From Podospora anserina (Eukaryota), in assembly GCA_017654855.1 (NCBI GenBank), contig CM030335.1, positions 558,001-622,000 of the forward strand: a stretch of DNA of 64,000 bases, given 5' to 3'. The notes below the pieces were generated by a model. That model had not been told where the DNA came from and searched no databases. It saw only the letters and a list, made by a program, of their open reading frames with translations. A program made the translations under genes and the position numbers. Below, piece by piece: positions 53,022 to 64,000 of this stretch; positions within the stretch are counted from its first letter, which is position 1; every line of letters starts with the position of its first letter.

Positions 53022-55265
53022 TTAAACAATATCCACCACTGTCTTGACTGCCTCTCCGAATAACACTTCCCTCGCGGCAAATACCAACCCTATTCTAGTA
53101 TATTCCTCAACACCATCCGTGGTGATGCCCGTGGCTCGCAGTGCCAATGCTGCTGTCGTGACGCGTTGAGTGCCGACCAACTTCAAGTCTTCGTCGCCCG
53201 ACGTGTCTTCGTCCGCAAACGCAACCAACAAACAGTGAAAGTGTTTGTATGGGAAAATGTATCTTTCACCGTCTGCATGGCGGTCGACCAGACTGTCGAG
53301 ATGTATCCGAAGCTTGTGCTCTTCGCCCGAGCTACTTGTCCTGAAAAATTCAAAAATATGGCCGCGATCAGAGGGAGTCATCTCCCTTTCAACCCCATTT
53401 ACACGGGCTAACATTCCGTTGACCCGGAGCTTTCCATAGCTCACGCCTCCCATCGGATCGGGCCCGGTATGTTCAACCTTGATGTCCATGATTTCAAGTG
53501 GAAACTTCCACTCTGTACATATCTTACGTGGGCCCTCGTCATCGTACACCGCAAAGCCAGGCTGATGGCTTTGGGCAAAGCGAACTTGCAGGTGGTCATC
53601 CCGAAGGCAAGCCCAGGACCAGGAGGGGGCAATATATCCGTCCCTTTGGTGTGAACGATGGGCGTATCTGAGAGTACGGTTGACACGCCAAACGCTGTAC
53701 CATGCAATGGCGCGCTGGATAGTGCCCTCCCATAACCCAGCATAGTACTTGGGTTGCTGTAAACAAAGGTTCGCCTCGGGACCTTCAGCACACATGGCCC
53801 AGACTTTCTTTGCCATGCCAGATAGTGCTGGAAGCCGGTCGGAAGGAAAGGTGAACTGGCAACCAGAGTAAAAAACAGCCAAATCGTACCAGGAGTTGTG
53901 GAGCCGCTGTTCGGCTGATTGCTCTGATAGCCAACACTGGCTGAGGAGTTCCTCACCCGGAAGACGTGGCCATCCAATGCGGCTGCTCAACTTTTCTGTT
54001 TGAAATTCATTGGCGCTGAGCTCGGCACACTCCCAGAAAACGGCATGTACTGTGAAGTGAAGAATTCTCGGTGACATGGCGCGTTCCTGCATGGCCCACC
54101 CACGCGATGTCAAGGGCCCCTTACTGATACACGAGATCCAGCTGGGGAGCGATGGTTCAATCACCAATGACTCCGGTTGACCGGTTTGGGTGTGACGCTG
54201 TATTGTGTAGGTGTTTGCCGGGTAGTCGAGGCCCGGTCTGTCCAAGAACAAGCCCTCTTCTGATGACATTGAGCCCGTGGCGGCCAGCGTGCACAAGGAG
54301 CCGGTGTAATACCGGCCAAAGTTGGCACATTCCAACGCCCAATCTGCTTTATGAGTATGGTCGTCTGAGGCGTCGTTGCTTTGCTGAATTATACAGAGAG
54401 CATCAACCCATAGGTAATGTACCAGACCCATTTTCTTTGTAAAGATGATGGCGTCTTGGATGGTCTTGGGGAGGCTTGCCATATCGATCCCTTGCTGCAT
54501 GGTCTCGAGATTACTTGGAGTCAGTTTTGTCCCGGCTGCTACTCCACCACCCCAACTGTAACTCAACGTAAAGTATTCCGCTTGGATCGGAGTGCCGTCC
54601 TGGACTACCAGTCGAGGCTTTGGAGCCCCTGGTTTACCTCCCACATCGATCACCCGGGTAGGTAGTATTGGCACAGCACGGTGACCGGACTGATCCAAGG
54701 TAGCCAGCATAGAGCAGCGCATGTGACGGTTCAAGCAGTTCGAGATCCAGTCACGCGCTATAGCAGCCACGGCTTCCAGCCCCTCATCGTTCTGAAGCGA
54801 GTGTATCATGCCATTTCCCGTATCATCAATCTCCCTTTCAGGCTTCAGACGGAGATCGTCCACACCATCATCGGATTTTTCTTCTGGCCTGCGGTACAAA
54901 GTAGCCTGTACCGTGTAACCAAGTTCATCTTGGGCCGGTGAGTATACCCAGATCGTATTTTCATCAAACTCGACATGAATCGGCGAAGAGACAGAGCGAA
55001 AGTCTTGAAAGCGTTTGGTGGTCGTGAATGCGTCATGCACAAGCTTTTGTCGGATAAGTCTGCACAGTGGGCATTCGGCCGCGCAAGCGTCTTCGAGTTT
55101 GAGGAAGCTTTCAGCTACCACGGCGTAGTCCTCGGGCTCAGTCCTAGGCTCGGTGGCCAAACGATGGACAAGGCCCTTACAGGCAGTGCAAAGAGATGGT
55201 TCTGAGGACATTGTTGACAGCCCACATCTCGCGGGTGAGTGGGACTCGAGAGATATTCCACACAC
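53022..55265 (-). CDS. Heterokaryon incompatibility (HET) domain protein
   Basis: LPTRVIDV, YFTLSYSWGG, LPKTIQDAI..YLWVDALCIIQ, PLTSRGWAMQERAMSPRILHF, DRLPALSGMA, APSWSWA. 747-aa single ORF; the start may be the ATG at 55211. Confidence 0.95.
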   Translation of the reverse strand: MCGISLESHSPARCGLSTMSSEPSLCTACKGLVHRLATEPRTEPEDYAVVAESFLKLEDACAAECPLCRLIRQKLVHDAFTTTKRFQDFRSVSSPIHVEFDENTIWVYSPAQDELGYTVQATLYRRPEEKSDDGVDDLRLKPEREIDDTGNGMIHSLQNDEGLEAVAAIARDWISNCLNRHMRCSMLATLDQSGHRAVPILPTRVIDVGGKPGAPKPRLVVQDGTPIQAEYFTLSYSWGGGVAAGTKLTPSNLETMQQGIDMASLPKTIQDAIIFTKKMGLVHYLWVDALCIIQQSNDASDDHTHKADWALECANFGRYYTGSLCTLAATGSMSSEEGLFLDRPGLDYPANTYTIQRHTQTGQPESLVIEPSLPSWISCISKGPLTSRGWAMQERAMSPRILHFTVHAVFWECAELSANEFQTEKLSSRIGWPRLPGEELLSQCWLSEQSAEQRLHNSWYDLAVFYSGCQFTFPSDRLPALSGMAKKVWAMCAEGPEANLCLQQPKYYAGLWEGTIQRAIAWYSVWRVNRTLRYAHRSHQRDGYIAPSWSWACLRDDHLQVRFAQSHQPGFAVYDDEGPRKICTEWKFPLEIMDIKVEHTGPDPMGGVSYGKLRVNGMLARVNGVEREMTPSDRGHIFEFFRTSSSGEEHKLRIHLDSLVDRHADGERYIFPYKHFHCLLVAFADEDTSGDEDLKLVGTQRVTTAALALRATGITTDGVEEYTRIGLVFAAREVLFGEAVKTVVDIV

Positions 55266-55489
55266 AGGTATATATGTGCTTTCACTTTATTATTGCCTGG
55301 AGTATTGACCAAAAAGCAACAGCGACCACCGCCTGACCAACTGCATAGATATCACGCGCAGCTGCCAGCATCTGGCATTGCTTGGCGGTAGGTTGCCAAC
55401 CAACCAACATGTTATTTCCGAACCCCGCCTCACAAAGAAGCCTTGACAACAACCTCACCAGTTTCAGCCACCAACAACTCGGCCTCGCT

Positions 55490-55951
55490 TTACTTCCCAC
55501 CCTCAGGCGCCCCCCCAGTGGCAGCAAATACCTTCCCCATAAAACCCAACATCCCCGCACTATCAACAAAAGAATCAAACACCCTCACCAATTTGGCGTC
55601 CTCGGTCAAGGTCAGCTTGTGCACATACTGGTTCTTGTACGGCTCGGTGACACCGGGCACGGCCGCGGTGCCGTTGCTGTTGAGGTAGACCACCGCCTTG
55701 AGCTGGGTCTCGTCAACCACAGTGTCGACGAGCTCGGCGTGGTAAGTCGCGAAGAGAGGGAAGGCCTGGGCCTGGAAGGCGGCGTACCCTTCTGCGTCTT
55801 TGTCGCCCTGGGGAGGGAGCGAGGCAGGATGGAAGTGGGCGGTGAAGTCGGGGGAGGCGAGGGACTTGATGGCCTGGGCGTCACGGTCGTTATGAGCCTT
55901 TACCCAGGCTTTGGCTGTGGTGATGATTTGCTCGCGGAGGGGGGATGACAT
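55490..55951 (-). CDS. SnoaL/NTF2-like protein (AusJ/Trt14-like)
   Basis: TAKAWVKAHNDRD..FHPASL..TVVDETQLKAVVY..PYKNQYVHKLTLTEDAKLVRVFDSFVDS. Confidence 0.8.
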   Translation of the reverse strand: MSSPLREQIITTAKAWVKAHNDRDAQAIKSLASPDFTAHFHPASLPPQGDKDAEGYAAFQAQAFPLFATYHAELVDTVVDETQLKAVVYLNSNGTAAVPGVTEPYKNQYVHKLTLTEDAKLVRVFDSFVDSAGMLGFMGKVFAATGGAPEGGK

Positions 55952-56424
55952 TTTGGGTGGTGGGTGAGCTTGAGGGATGTCACTTGGGTTGTGAGTGTAG
56001 GTATGCTGATATGGTATGTGTAGGTATATGTGTATGATGTGTTTATGTGTAGCGTGGAGAGGTGTGTGGGAGGGAGCTACCGGTGGTGGCCAGGAGTCTT
56101 AAATAGGTAAGCGTGGGGCAGTGTGGTGCAAGGACAGCGGGGTTGGGCGGCTGGGGGGTATGAGCATCTCTCACTGTGCGGGCGGTTACTTGCCCATCGG
56201 TGTGTTGTACAGCATGCAGCTGCTCTGGCCGTTGCGACGTTCCTGTGGCCGGTGTCCCACTTCTCTTTGGGGGCCGCAGTGGAAAAGGACGGGGTGAAAG
56301 CAAAGCCAGCAAAGACTGCAGGAATTTGGTTTTGTCTCGGAAACTTAGAGTCGAAGTAGCTGATATTGATTTGTGGTTTGATCATATCATCATGTTGAGC
56401 TATCATTACCTACGTGCCCGCCTC

Positions 56425-57357
56425 CTAGCCGCTATAGGCGAGCTTCACCAGCTCCTCTTGCTTCTCCAAAAATCCCTTGAAGCTAGTCAGGTCGGCCATG
56501 GACCTTAACTCATCAAGGTCAATGTTATCGGCCATGTGACGCAAAGACCTTTCAGCAACGGTAAAACACAGGGACTCCTTCTGCTCCTCAATCTCATCAT
56601 CTGACATGTAATACGGCGTGTAAGACCGCTTTGTTTTGCCCCCCAGCTGGGTCAACGCGTCCTCCACCGTGAGCACGTCGCCCGCAACACCCAAGACTCG
56701 GCCATGATACTTTTCGTCTTGCCCAAACACTGCGACGGCAATCTTGGCAATATCTTCGGGGAGGACAAGGGCAAGTGGTGTCTCCGATGTCATGGTGCTT
56801 CGCCAAACACCCGATGCCCGGAATCCTGGACTGAAATAGTCGACCTGAGGGGCGAGGAAATTGGTCATGAAGATGGCTGGACGAAGTATCGTCCACTTCC
56901 AGGGAGAGTCTTCGGTGACTGCTCGCTCGCCGGCCCTCTTTGCCGTCATGACCTTGTCGAAGAATGTGCTGTGCTGCGCCTTGTCCCCCTCCTGGTGAGA
57001 GAAGACACCGACCGATGTACATATGACAACCTGCTTGATGCTGCCGACGGACTGAGCAGCGCGCACAATATTGACGGCGTGGACCTGCTCCAGGCCTGGA
57101 TCCTCAACGTGTGTTGCTGTGCAGACAAACAACTTGTCGATGCCAGACATGGCATCCACCAAAGAGGGAATATCGTCCCAGCTGCCTGGAAGAAGTTGCA
57201 CACCAAGGGCTGCCAGAGCCTTTGCTCCAGGAGAATCGGGATCGCGAACTGTGGACTTGACGTCCCATCCATACAGTTCTCGCAGCAGTTTTGCCACAGC
57301 GCCTCCAATATTGCCGGTGACGCCGGAAACAAAAACGGAATATGTCTGTGATGCCAT
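56425..57357 (-). CDS. NmrA-like family protein
   Basis: MASQTYSVFVSGVTGNIGGAVA, WTILRPAIFMTNF, EDIAKIAVAVF. Confidence 0.9.
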   Translation of the reverse strand: MASQTYSVFVSGVTGNIGGAVAKLLRELYGWDVKSTVRDPDSPGAKALAALGVQLLPGSWDDIPSLVDAMSGIDKLFVCTATHVEDPGLEQVHAVNIVRAAQSVGSIKQVVICTSVGVFSHQEGDKAQHSTFFDKVMTAKRAGERAVTEDSPWKWTILRPAIFMTNFLAPQVDYFSPGFRASGVWRSTMTSETPLALVLPEDIAKIAVAVFGQDEKYHGRVLGVAGDVLTVEDALTQLGGKTKRSYTPYYMSDDEIEEQKESLCFTVAERSLRHMADNIDLDELRSMADLTSFKGFLEKQEELVKLAYSG

Positions 57358-58295
57358 GGTGCAGCTTGTAAAGGGTCGGTATGCGTTGTGTCTAGAACAA
57401 GAGTGCCTGAGGTATTGTGTTCTGTTTTTCCACTGACTACAACATATAGCGGGTTGGTTGCATTCAATACCGTAGGTAAGCTTCCAGGTTAATCGATATG
57501 CGGTTAGGGGGGACACTAACCACCGAGGAGGGGCCTAGACTCTACCGCATGATGGTTGGCTTATCAGGGTGCCCCGTTGGCGCATCCCAGCCTTACCAGA
57601 CCAAGGCCATCGCTCTGAAACACACACACCCCTCACCCAAGTACCTTTCCAGGCGATTTTGTACCCTGATAGAAACGCCGTCGGTAGATAGAGTGGGTGG
57701 CGCGGTTCAGCACGGTTACCTTGCATTCTCGCTGGTAAGCACCATGCATGGGTAGCGGTCGCTGTAATCGACCACGATGACATCCGATCCAGCAAATACA
57801 TCGAGAATCGACTGTGCCACTCAGTGGAACAACGCTGAATGAGATTTGAACCGGCAAGAGAATATCACAGTGGGGAAAATGCACGTATTTACTGAACCAG
57901 CTCTGCACTTTCTTCCCGACCTGCCGTATGGGGACGGCGTTGGGTGGTAATATGCGAGTTTCACTCTTCAGATGCTGGCTGACTCTCGGCTTCACGCGTT
58001 GGAGCGGCGCGGACCGGTAGAATGCGCCACATATCATGCATTCCGACAACCCACCTGCACATTAAGCGCCAGTCAATAGTTTCCAATCAACTACAACCGC
58101 AGCTGGTTCCAAGAGGTTCTATCGTAGGGCTTTCAGTCCGAATCTTGGGCAAGCCCCTCCCCCCTTTCTCCCCTCCCCCCCCCTCTCCCTCCTGTTCCTC
58201 TTTCACCCTTTGTCATCGGTTGTTTCCCGCATCTTGCAAACAAAACGCCACAAACGCCAAATGCGAACTAGGTTGAGAGTGGCAGCCCCGTCATC

Positions 58296-60584
58296 ATGGA
58301 GAAGCAGCATGTCATGGTGGACCCTGAGTATTCCGCCGAGCCACATACCGACCCGTCACTTGACGACAAGTCTCCAGACACGACGACAGTTGATGTCGCC
58401 AAGGGGACTTTGGCCAACAATGGCTCCAAGCCACCTTCTTTGGCCGACGAAAACAATCACAACACACCATGGGATGAGAAAAGTCAGTATCTAACAGGCC
58501 TCAAGCTTGTTATGGTGGTTTCTTGTATGTGTTTGGCGTGTTTTCTCATGTTGATCGATACAATGGTGGTTAGCACCGTAAGTAAACAACCCCCTTTTTA
58601 TCACTACTCCACTCTTTGGTCTCCAGGGCAGGGGAAAATAGCTTTTCAGAAACTTACCGGCAGCCACCTACCTATGCAGGCTATACCTCGCATAACAGAT
58701 GAGTTCAACTCGCTCGCAGACATTGGCTGGTATGCGACGGCGTACCAGTTCGGGAGGTATGTCTCTCTTCAACTATGGACTTGACCTGCTTTGGCTAAAC
58801 AAGCTCACAGCGCAGCTCCACAGCCTCTGTCAGGCAAAGTGTTTGCACACTTCAACAACAGATTCTCGTTCCTTGCCTTTTTTCTCATCTTTGAGCTTGG
58901 ATCGGCCCTCTGTGGTGCAGCGGTGTCTTCGACCATGTTGATTGTTGGCCGTGCAATCGCTGGTGTAGGGGCAGCCGGGATCATCAATGGTGCACTGATC
59001 ATCATCTCTTGTTCCGTTCCCATGGAAAAACGCCCTGGTATGTTGGTCCATTGGGCGGGAGAGAGGGATTGTTTACTAACAACATGTTCTTACCACGTAT
59101 ACAGGCCTCATTGGAATTGTCATGGGATGTACGAGAGCAATCACCCATTCCACATGCGAGTTACCTGAGTACCTAGTCTAATCTTGTCCACAGTCAACCA
59201 ACTTGGTCTGGTAATCGGACCTCTCATTGGGGGAGCGTTCACCTCTTACTCCACATGGCGATGGTGTCAGTAACAAGCCAACACACAACCTCTCTCGGCA
59301 CAGGCTGCTAACAAGGGCCTACTGACAGGTTTCTACATCAACCTACCCATCGGCGCCCTGGTTGTTCTCGCGCTGTTCCTCTTCCCCGTTCCCGAACAGA
59401 GTGCCAAACCCCCAGCCATGAAGGTGCTTGTCAAGCTTCACAAATATCTCGACCTGGTAGGCTTCTGTCTGTTTGCACCAGCAGTCCTGCAGTTGATCTT
59501 GGCACTCAGCTTCGGCGGGGTGACATATCCCTGGAACTCCTCCCAAGTCATCGGGCTCTTCTGTGGCGCGGCGGCAACGTTTCTTGTCTGGCTGTTGTGG
59601 AACCGACACAAAGGACCTGACGCGTTACTGCCCCCCGCCATGCTGGCACGCACAGCAGTTTGGACTTCGGGTTTGTACCAGGCCTTTTTGATGGCGGCAG
59701 TGTACGGGGCCATATTCTTTCTGCCCATATACTTTCAGGCCATCAACAACGCCTCGCCTCTCCTGAGCGGGGTGTACCTCTTGCCGACCATCTTGCCGCA
59801 GCTGCTCATGGCGGCGTCTTCGGGAGCGTTGAGTAAGTAACCATTGCCTTGGCCTGGCTCCCCATGCTCTGGTGTGCGCTGACCTTTTCTCCGCGGTTCA
59901 GTCATGGCTATCGGGTACGTGATACCTCTGGCCACAATGTCCACAGTCTTGCTTTCCATAGCCAGTGGGCTGTACTCTCTTCTCAGGCCGGGCAGCCTGA
60001 CAGGCTGGTGGGTCGGCTTCCAAGTGCTGGCTGGTGTTGGGTCGGGTCTGGGACTGCAAGTGGTTCGTCATCACCCCTCCCCGCAGCTTTGAGTTTGCCT
60101 CGCTGATCTCTTGCTAACTGCGTCGATGTGTTGCAATGGAATCCAGGCCATCATCGCGATCCAAGCCGTCGTGACCGGGGAGGAACTCTCCTCGGCGATG
60201 GCCTTCATCGTCTTCACCCAATCGCTGGGCCCGGCCATCGTGCTCACACTCTGTCAACTGATCTTCTACTCGAGTCTACGGGTGGAAATCCCCAGGGAGG
60301 CGCCCGACGCCGACACGGAAGCGGTCATTGCCGCAGGCGCCACCGGGTTCCGCGCGATAGTACCGCCTGACGTTCTTCCGGGTGTGCTTGAGGCATATGC
60401 GAACAGTATTAACAAAGTATTCTACTTGGTTGCCGCCATAGCAGCTTCTTGCGGCTTGGTTCTGTGGGGAATGGGGTGGAAAGATCTACGGAAGAAGCCG
60501 GACGGTGATAGTGAGACTGCCGATAAGGAAATGGGAGCTCCTGAGAGCCAGGCTTCAGGGGGTGACAATAAAGGTGTTGAATAG
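58296..60584 (+). CDS. MFS drug/toxin efflux transporter (DHA14-like), multi-exon
   Basis: [88 protein letters not shown]. Confidence 0.93.
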
Positions 60585-62000
60585 AGAGGTAAGGTAATCA
60601 GAGAGCCATCAGGATCGCGCCCAACTTCTGCTTCGCACATTTCTTTCTCAATTGTTTAGCACCTTGTCCAGGTAGCTAGGTGGCTAGGTAGCTATATCGT
60701 TTGATCGGCCAGTAGAGAGTACCTACCTTTGATGGTCATGTTAACGGGAACGATTTACCGAGGTAGGTATCCATAACTCTAGGTAATGGTATGGTGTCCA
60801 TTGATGGTCCGCATATTGCGCTGAACGGCATCACATGGGTGGGATATCTTTTGGCACTTGAGGCAAGATAATGCGGTGTTGAGCGCCCTCTCCGTGCCGT
60901 GTAGGAAATAAGGTGAACTTATCACGCGCGGACAATTGTCTCGTTTTGGCAAGTAGTAGTGAAAGGATCGTGTTGCTATTCCCAGATATACCTACGCATT
61001 CAGTATTGAGGTGCCTGAAGAAGCATTTAACTCCGGACAGGGCCGTTGGCAATGGCCAACATGGAGTGTGCGGCCTGTGCATTTAAGAGTGCCCAAGGTA
61101 GGTATCATTCAACGGTGCCTAGAACACAATAGGCAACCCCGCATTATTACCTACGGGAGTAGCAGACTCGTGGCAGGTTAAGGTGGGAGGGAGCGCGGGT
61201 GCCACACCTCGGCTCTTCTTTCGGCGGCGTGCCACACAGCTGGAACACTATAGGGCCCAGATCCGCACATGGATCGAAAGACGTTTTGGACGGCTCGAGT
61301 GTATCGTGAGGCGCAATAAATGAGCCCGTAGGTAGGTAGGTAGCATCGACAAGCCAACACACCTACCTCCCGCCAACCCGTGATAGGCAAACCTGGCGAC
61401 GTCTCATCAAGGTCACAGCCTCCTGAGGGGTATGTTGCAAAGAGCTGATTAATTGGAATATCTTACATGACAGGGCACTATTTCCTCACCATCTCACAGC
61501 AGCAGGAGACAGCCGGATCTCTGAGTGCTCGGCGCTTTACCTTATCCAGAGTTCTGCCGCACTGTGCCACCATGGACGCGGCTGGAGACTGCAGACACGT
61601 TCAACCTCTGGCTTAAAGTTGCGGCGTGGCCAGCACAGCACCGTGCCACCGAGCTGCTGCTCTTCAATCCCGTGCTTCTTAATTGTATGACAGTAATCCA
61701 GTAGTCCGTTCCTCCGAGCAAGCTGATGGCTTTGCCGCACACCCAGCAGTCCCAGCACGCGCCCAACTCGACCATGTTTGCACTCTGGGCAAAAATAGTA
61801 GACGCCGTCTCATGAGGCACAGGACGCCGAGGGTAAGGTAGGTAGGTAGGTGTTGTCTCGATTGTTCTCGAGAGTGATCTAGATTCCCACATTGATAATC
61901 TCTGTGTCGTCCAAACCTTGCCTCCCACGTTGTGACACTTGTCGCTTTCCAACTTCTTTTTTCATTTTTCATTTTGTATTGTCTGCGTCAGCGTATCGCC

Positions 62001-63332
62001 ATGTCCGACTCCGTCCCAACCGGCCCCCCTCAGTTTCCCCCGCCCATCGACCCGGATGATCCCGGCCGTGGCCCGCTGGTCATGGGCCTCAACTACGGCT
62101 TTACCATTGTGGCCATGATGGCCGTCGCCCTCCGCTTCTACGTGCGCAGGAAGGTTGGGAACCGGGCATGGGGGTGGGACGACTGGCTGATGCTGGTCGC
62201 CGTCATCTTCCAGGTCGTCTGCGAGTGCCTGTTTGCACTGTCGTTCAAGCACGGCTTCGGCAAACATGACTACAGCATCCAGAAGCCAGACCAGTTTGTC
62301 GAGATCATGAAGTGGGCCTGGATTGCCCAGGGGTTCGGCCAGGTCACGTCGATCGTGGCGCGCCTGTCCATCACCATTTCGCTCATCACCCTCTTTGGCG
62401 TCCACCGATGGTTCAAGTGGTTCCTGATCGTGCTGACCACAGTGCAAACCATGCTTGGCACCGCCATGCTCGTTCTTTCGTACGCTCAGGTGCGCCCGCT
62501 GGAGGCCCTGTGGAATGTCTTTATGGACCCTGCCAAGGTCTGGCGCCTCGACACAAAATACTTTATCAACCTCGGCTACCTCACACAGTCTGTGTACACC
62601 TTTTCCGACGTGGCTTATGTCGTCATCCCGGTCGGCATCATCTGGCGGCTCAACATGACACTGCACCGCCGGCTGGGCCTGATCGCCCTCCTGGCCGCCA
62701 TGCTCTTCACCGCCGCCATGTCCATCCTCAAGACCTACACCATCCACTGGCAGGGAGACCCAACCATCACGGATCCGCTCTACCGCAACAGTTTGCAGGT
62801 GCTCTATGCCAACCTCGAGCAGACTAGCGTCATCATCATGGGTTGCGTCCCGTCCCTGCGCGCCATTGTCAACGTTGAATTGCCGTTTGGGCTGTCCCGC
62901 CTCGGCCAGTCGGTGGCCAGTTTTCTGGGAAGCCGACGGTCGGCCACAAGCAAGGGCAGCGGCTTGTCCTTTCAGAAAGGGACCGGGAGCGGCGGCAGCG
63001 GGGGGGTCAGCTCCAAGCTCAAATCATTTGGCTCGTCGACGGTGGCGTCGAGGTATGATCATGACGCGACATATGCCGGGGGCTTCTACCAGGATCTGGA
63101 ACTCGGAACGCACAGTCTCGGGAACCATCACAGGTTCGGCACCAAAGTCCCGGTGGTCATGTCTGTCAGCCACAATGTCGGCAGCCCCGGGGCTCCAACG
63201 CCCCCTTCCAGCGGAGGGCATCATGGAGGCAGCACCGATCATCTTGTGCCGCCTGGTGGTGGGAACTACGTTGTGCGGACAGATCAGTTTTCGGTTCAGG
63301 AGTCATATCAAGGTCCAGGAAAGGCGCAGTGA
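62001..63332 (+). CDS. Pth11-like / rhodopsin-domain integral membrane protein
   Basis: ALRFYVRRKVGNRAWGWDDWLM, HGFGKH, VRPLEALWN, DVAYVVIP, LEQTSVIIMGCVPSLR. Confidence 0.9.
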   Translation: MSDSVPTGPPQFPPPIDPDDPGRGPLVMGLNYGFTIVAMMAVALRFYVRRKVGNRAWGWDDWLMLVAVIFQVVCECLFALSFKHGFGKHDYSIQKPDQFVEIMKWAWIAQGFGQVTSIVARLSITISLITLFGVHRWFKWFLIVLTTVQTMLGTAMLVLSYAQVRPLEALWNVFMDPAKVWRLDTKYFINLGYLTQSVYTFSDVAYVVIPVGIIWRLNMTLHRRLGLIALLAAMLFTAAMSILKTYTIHWQGDPTITDPLYRNSLQVLYANLEQTSVIIMGCVPSLRAIVNVELPFGLSRLGQSVASFLGSRRSATSKGSGLSFQKGTGSGGSGGVSSKLKSFGSSTVASRYDHDATYAGGFYQDLELGTHSLGNHHRFGTKVPVVMSVSHNVGSPGAPTPPSSGGHHGGSTDHLVPPGGGNYVVRTDQFSVQESYQGPGKAQ

Positions 63333-63491
63333 TGGGCACCTCATCTTTATTGAGAGTGCTTACCTACCATGTATCCTTCATGTAGAGCGACCACCCACCT
63401 TATCTAAACTATACCAACCCTCTGTTATGAATAATGACCATGTTGTTGAAGCAAGAACCACCTCGTCATGAGCTTGTCTGTGCCAACCGCT

Positions 63492-64000
63492 TCAAAGCAA
63501 CCGAACATCCATCACGCTCTCATAACTAGCTTCATTGTACACATATGTCCTGACCAACCGCAGCCCAACCTCCCCAAACAGTCCCTTCCACTGCTCCTCG
63601 GACCTCTCGGCACCAGCAAACGCCGCAAGCATCGTGATATCATGAGCTGCCGCGTCCAGCCCTGTGCCGATCGCAGGGGGGATGATCTCGTCAATCAACA
63701 TGATCGACTCCTCCGTCATCGCGTCCATTGTCTGCTTCAGCAGCAGCTTGACCTTGTGGTCCGGGTGGTTGTGGAACACGCCACGCAAAAAGTAAAACTT
63801 GGCCCCCCTGACGGGCTGCGGCTTGAAAAAGTCATGGACCATGTTTTCGACACCGGGCGTCGCAAGGGCGGCCGCGATGGAGTGCGGAAGGTCCTGCAGG
63901 ATGACCCGGCCGGGGAGGACGTCGGCCGGGAACTTGTCGCGGAACTCGGCGCACTGGTGCCCGATGTTGCCGCCGATGTTGACGTAGAGCGGCCGGTCTG
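63492..64000 (-). CDS. SAM-dependent O-methyltransferase (Methyltransf_2), C-terminal part; truncated by the window edge
   Basis: LYVNIGGNIGHQC..GRVILQDLP..HDFFKPQPVRGAKFYFLRGVFHNHPD..LIDE..ERSEEQW. Confidence 0.92.
   Translation of the reverse strand, partial: DRPLYVNIGGNIGHQCAEFRDKFPADVLPGRVILQDLPHSIAAALATPGVENMVHDFFKPQPVRGAKFYFLRGVFHNHPDHKVKLLLKQTMDAMTEESIMLIDEIIPPAIGTGLDAAAHDITMLAAFAGAERSEEQWKGLFGEVGLRLVRTYVYNEASYESVMDVRLL

Noticed and set aside
57801-57811. TCG-N5-CGA (AflR-like site) in the NmrA/MFS divergent promoter
   Set aside because: A single occurrence that does not fit the fuller consensus; expected by chance.

Overview
Filamentous ascomycete genomic DNA: short GT-AG introns with CTAAC/CTGAC branch sites, HET and Pth11-like genes, and RIP-type mutations. 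It looks Sordariales/Podospora-like, but that is not confirmed. The window holds about 25 protein-coding loci. The left half is rich in secreted and surface proteins: two DUF1996 paralogues, DUF4360, two Thr-rich proteins, a LysM protein, a small Cys-rich protein and a PL3 pectate lyase. It also has a very large protein with a CorA-like C-terminus, a subtilase with no signal peptide, and two of the window's three Pth11/rhodopsin-like membrane proteins. A full-length, RIP-degraded Ty1/copia retrotransposon (37809-43734, 5-bp TSD CCTTG) has inserted into and split an otherwise intact small secreted beta/gamma-crystallin-like gene, and two diverged solo-LTR-like relics lie elsewhere. To its right a PhoD phosphatase and a P450 pseudogene carry RIP-like changes although neither is repeated in this window. 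Next come a 2EXR gene, a frameshifted HeLo-like/retropepsin-like gene and a convergent HET-domain gene, which is the best candidate for an undescribed cell-death/allorecognition module. The window ends in the probable edge of a secondary-metabolite cluster (SnoaL-like, NmrA-like, MFS, Pth11-like, O-methyltransferase). All family calls come from motif recognition by eye; no database searches were run.
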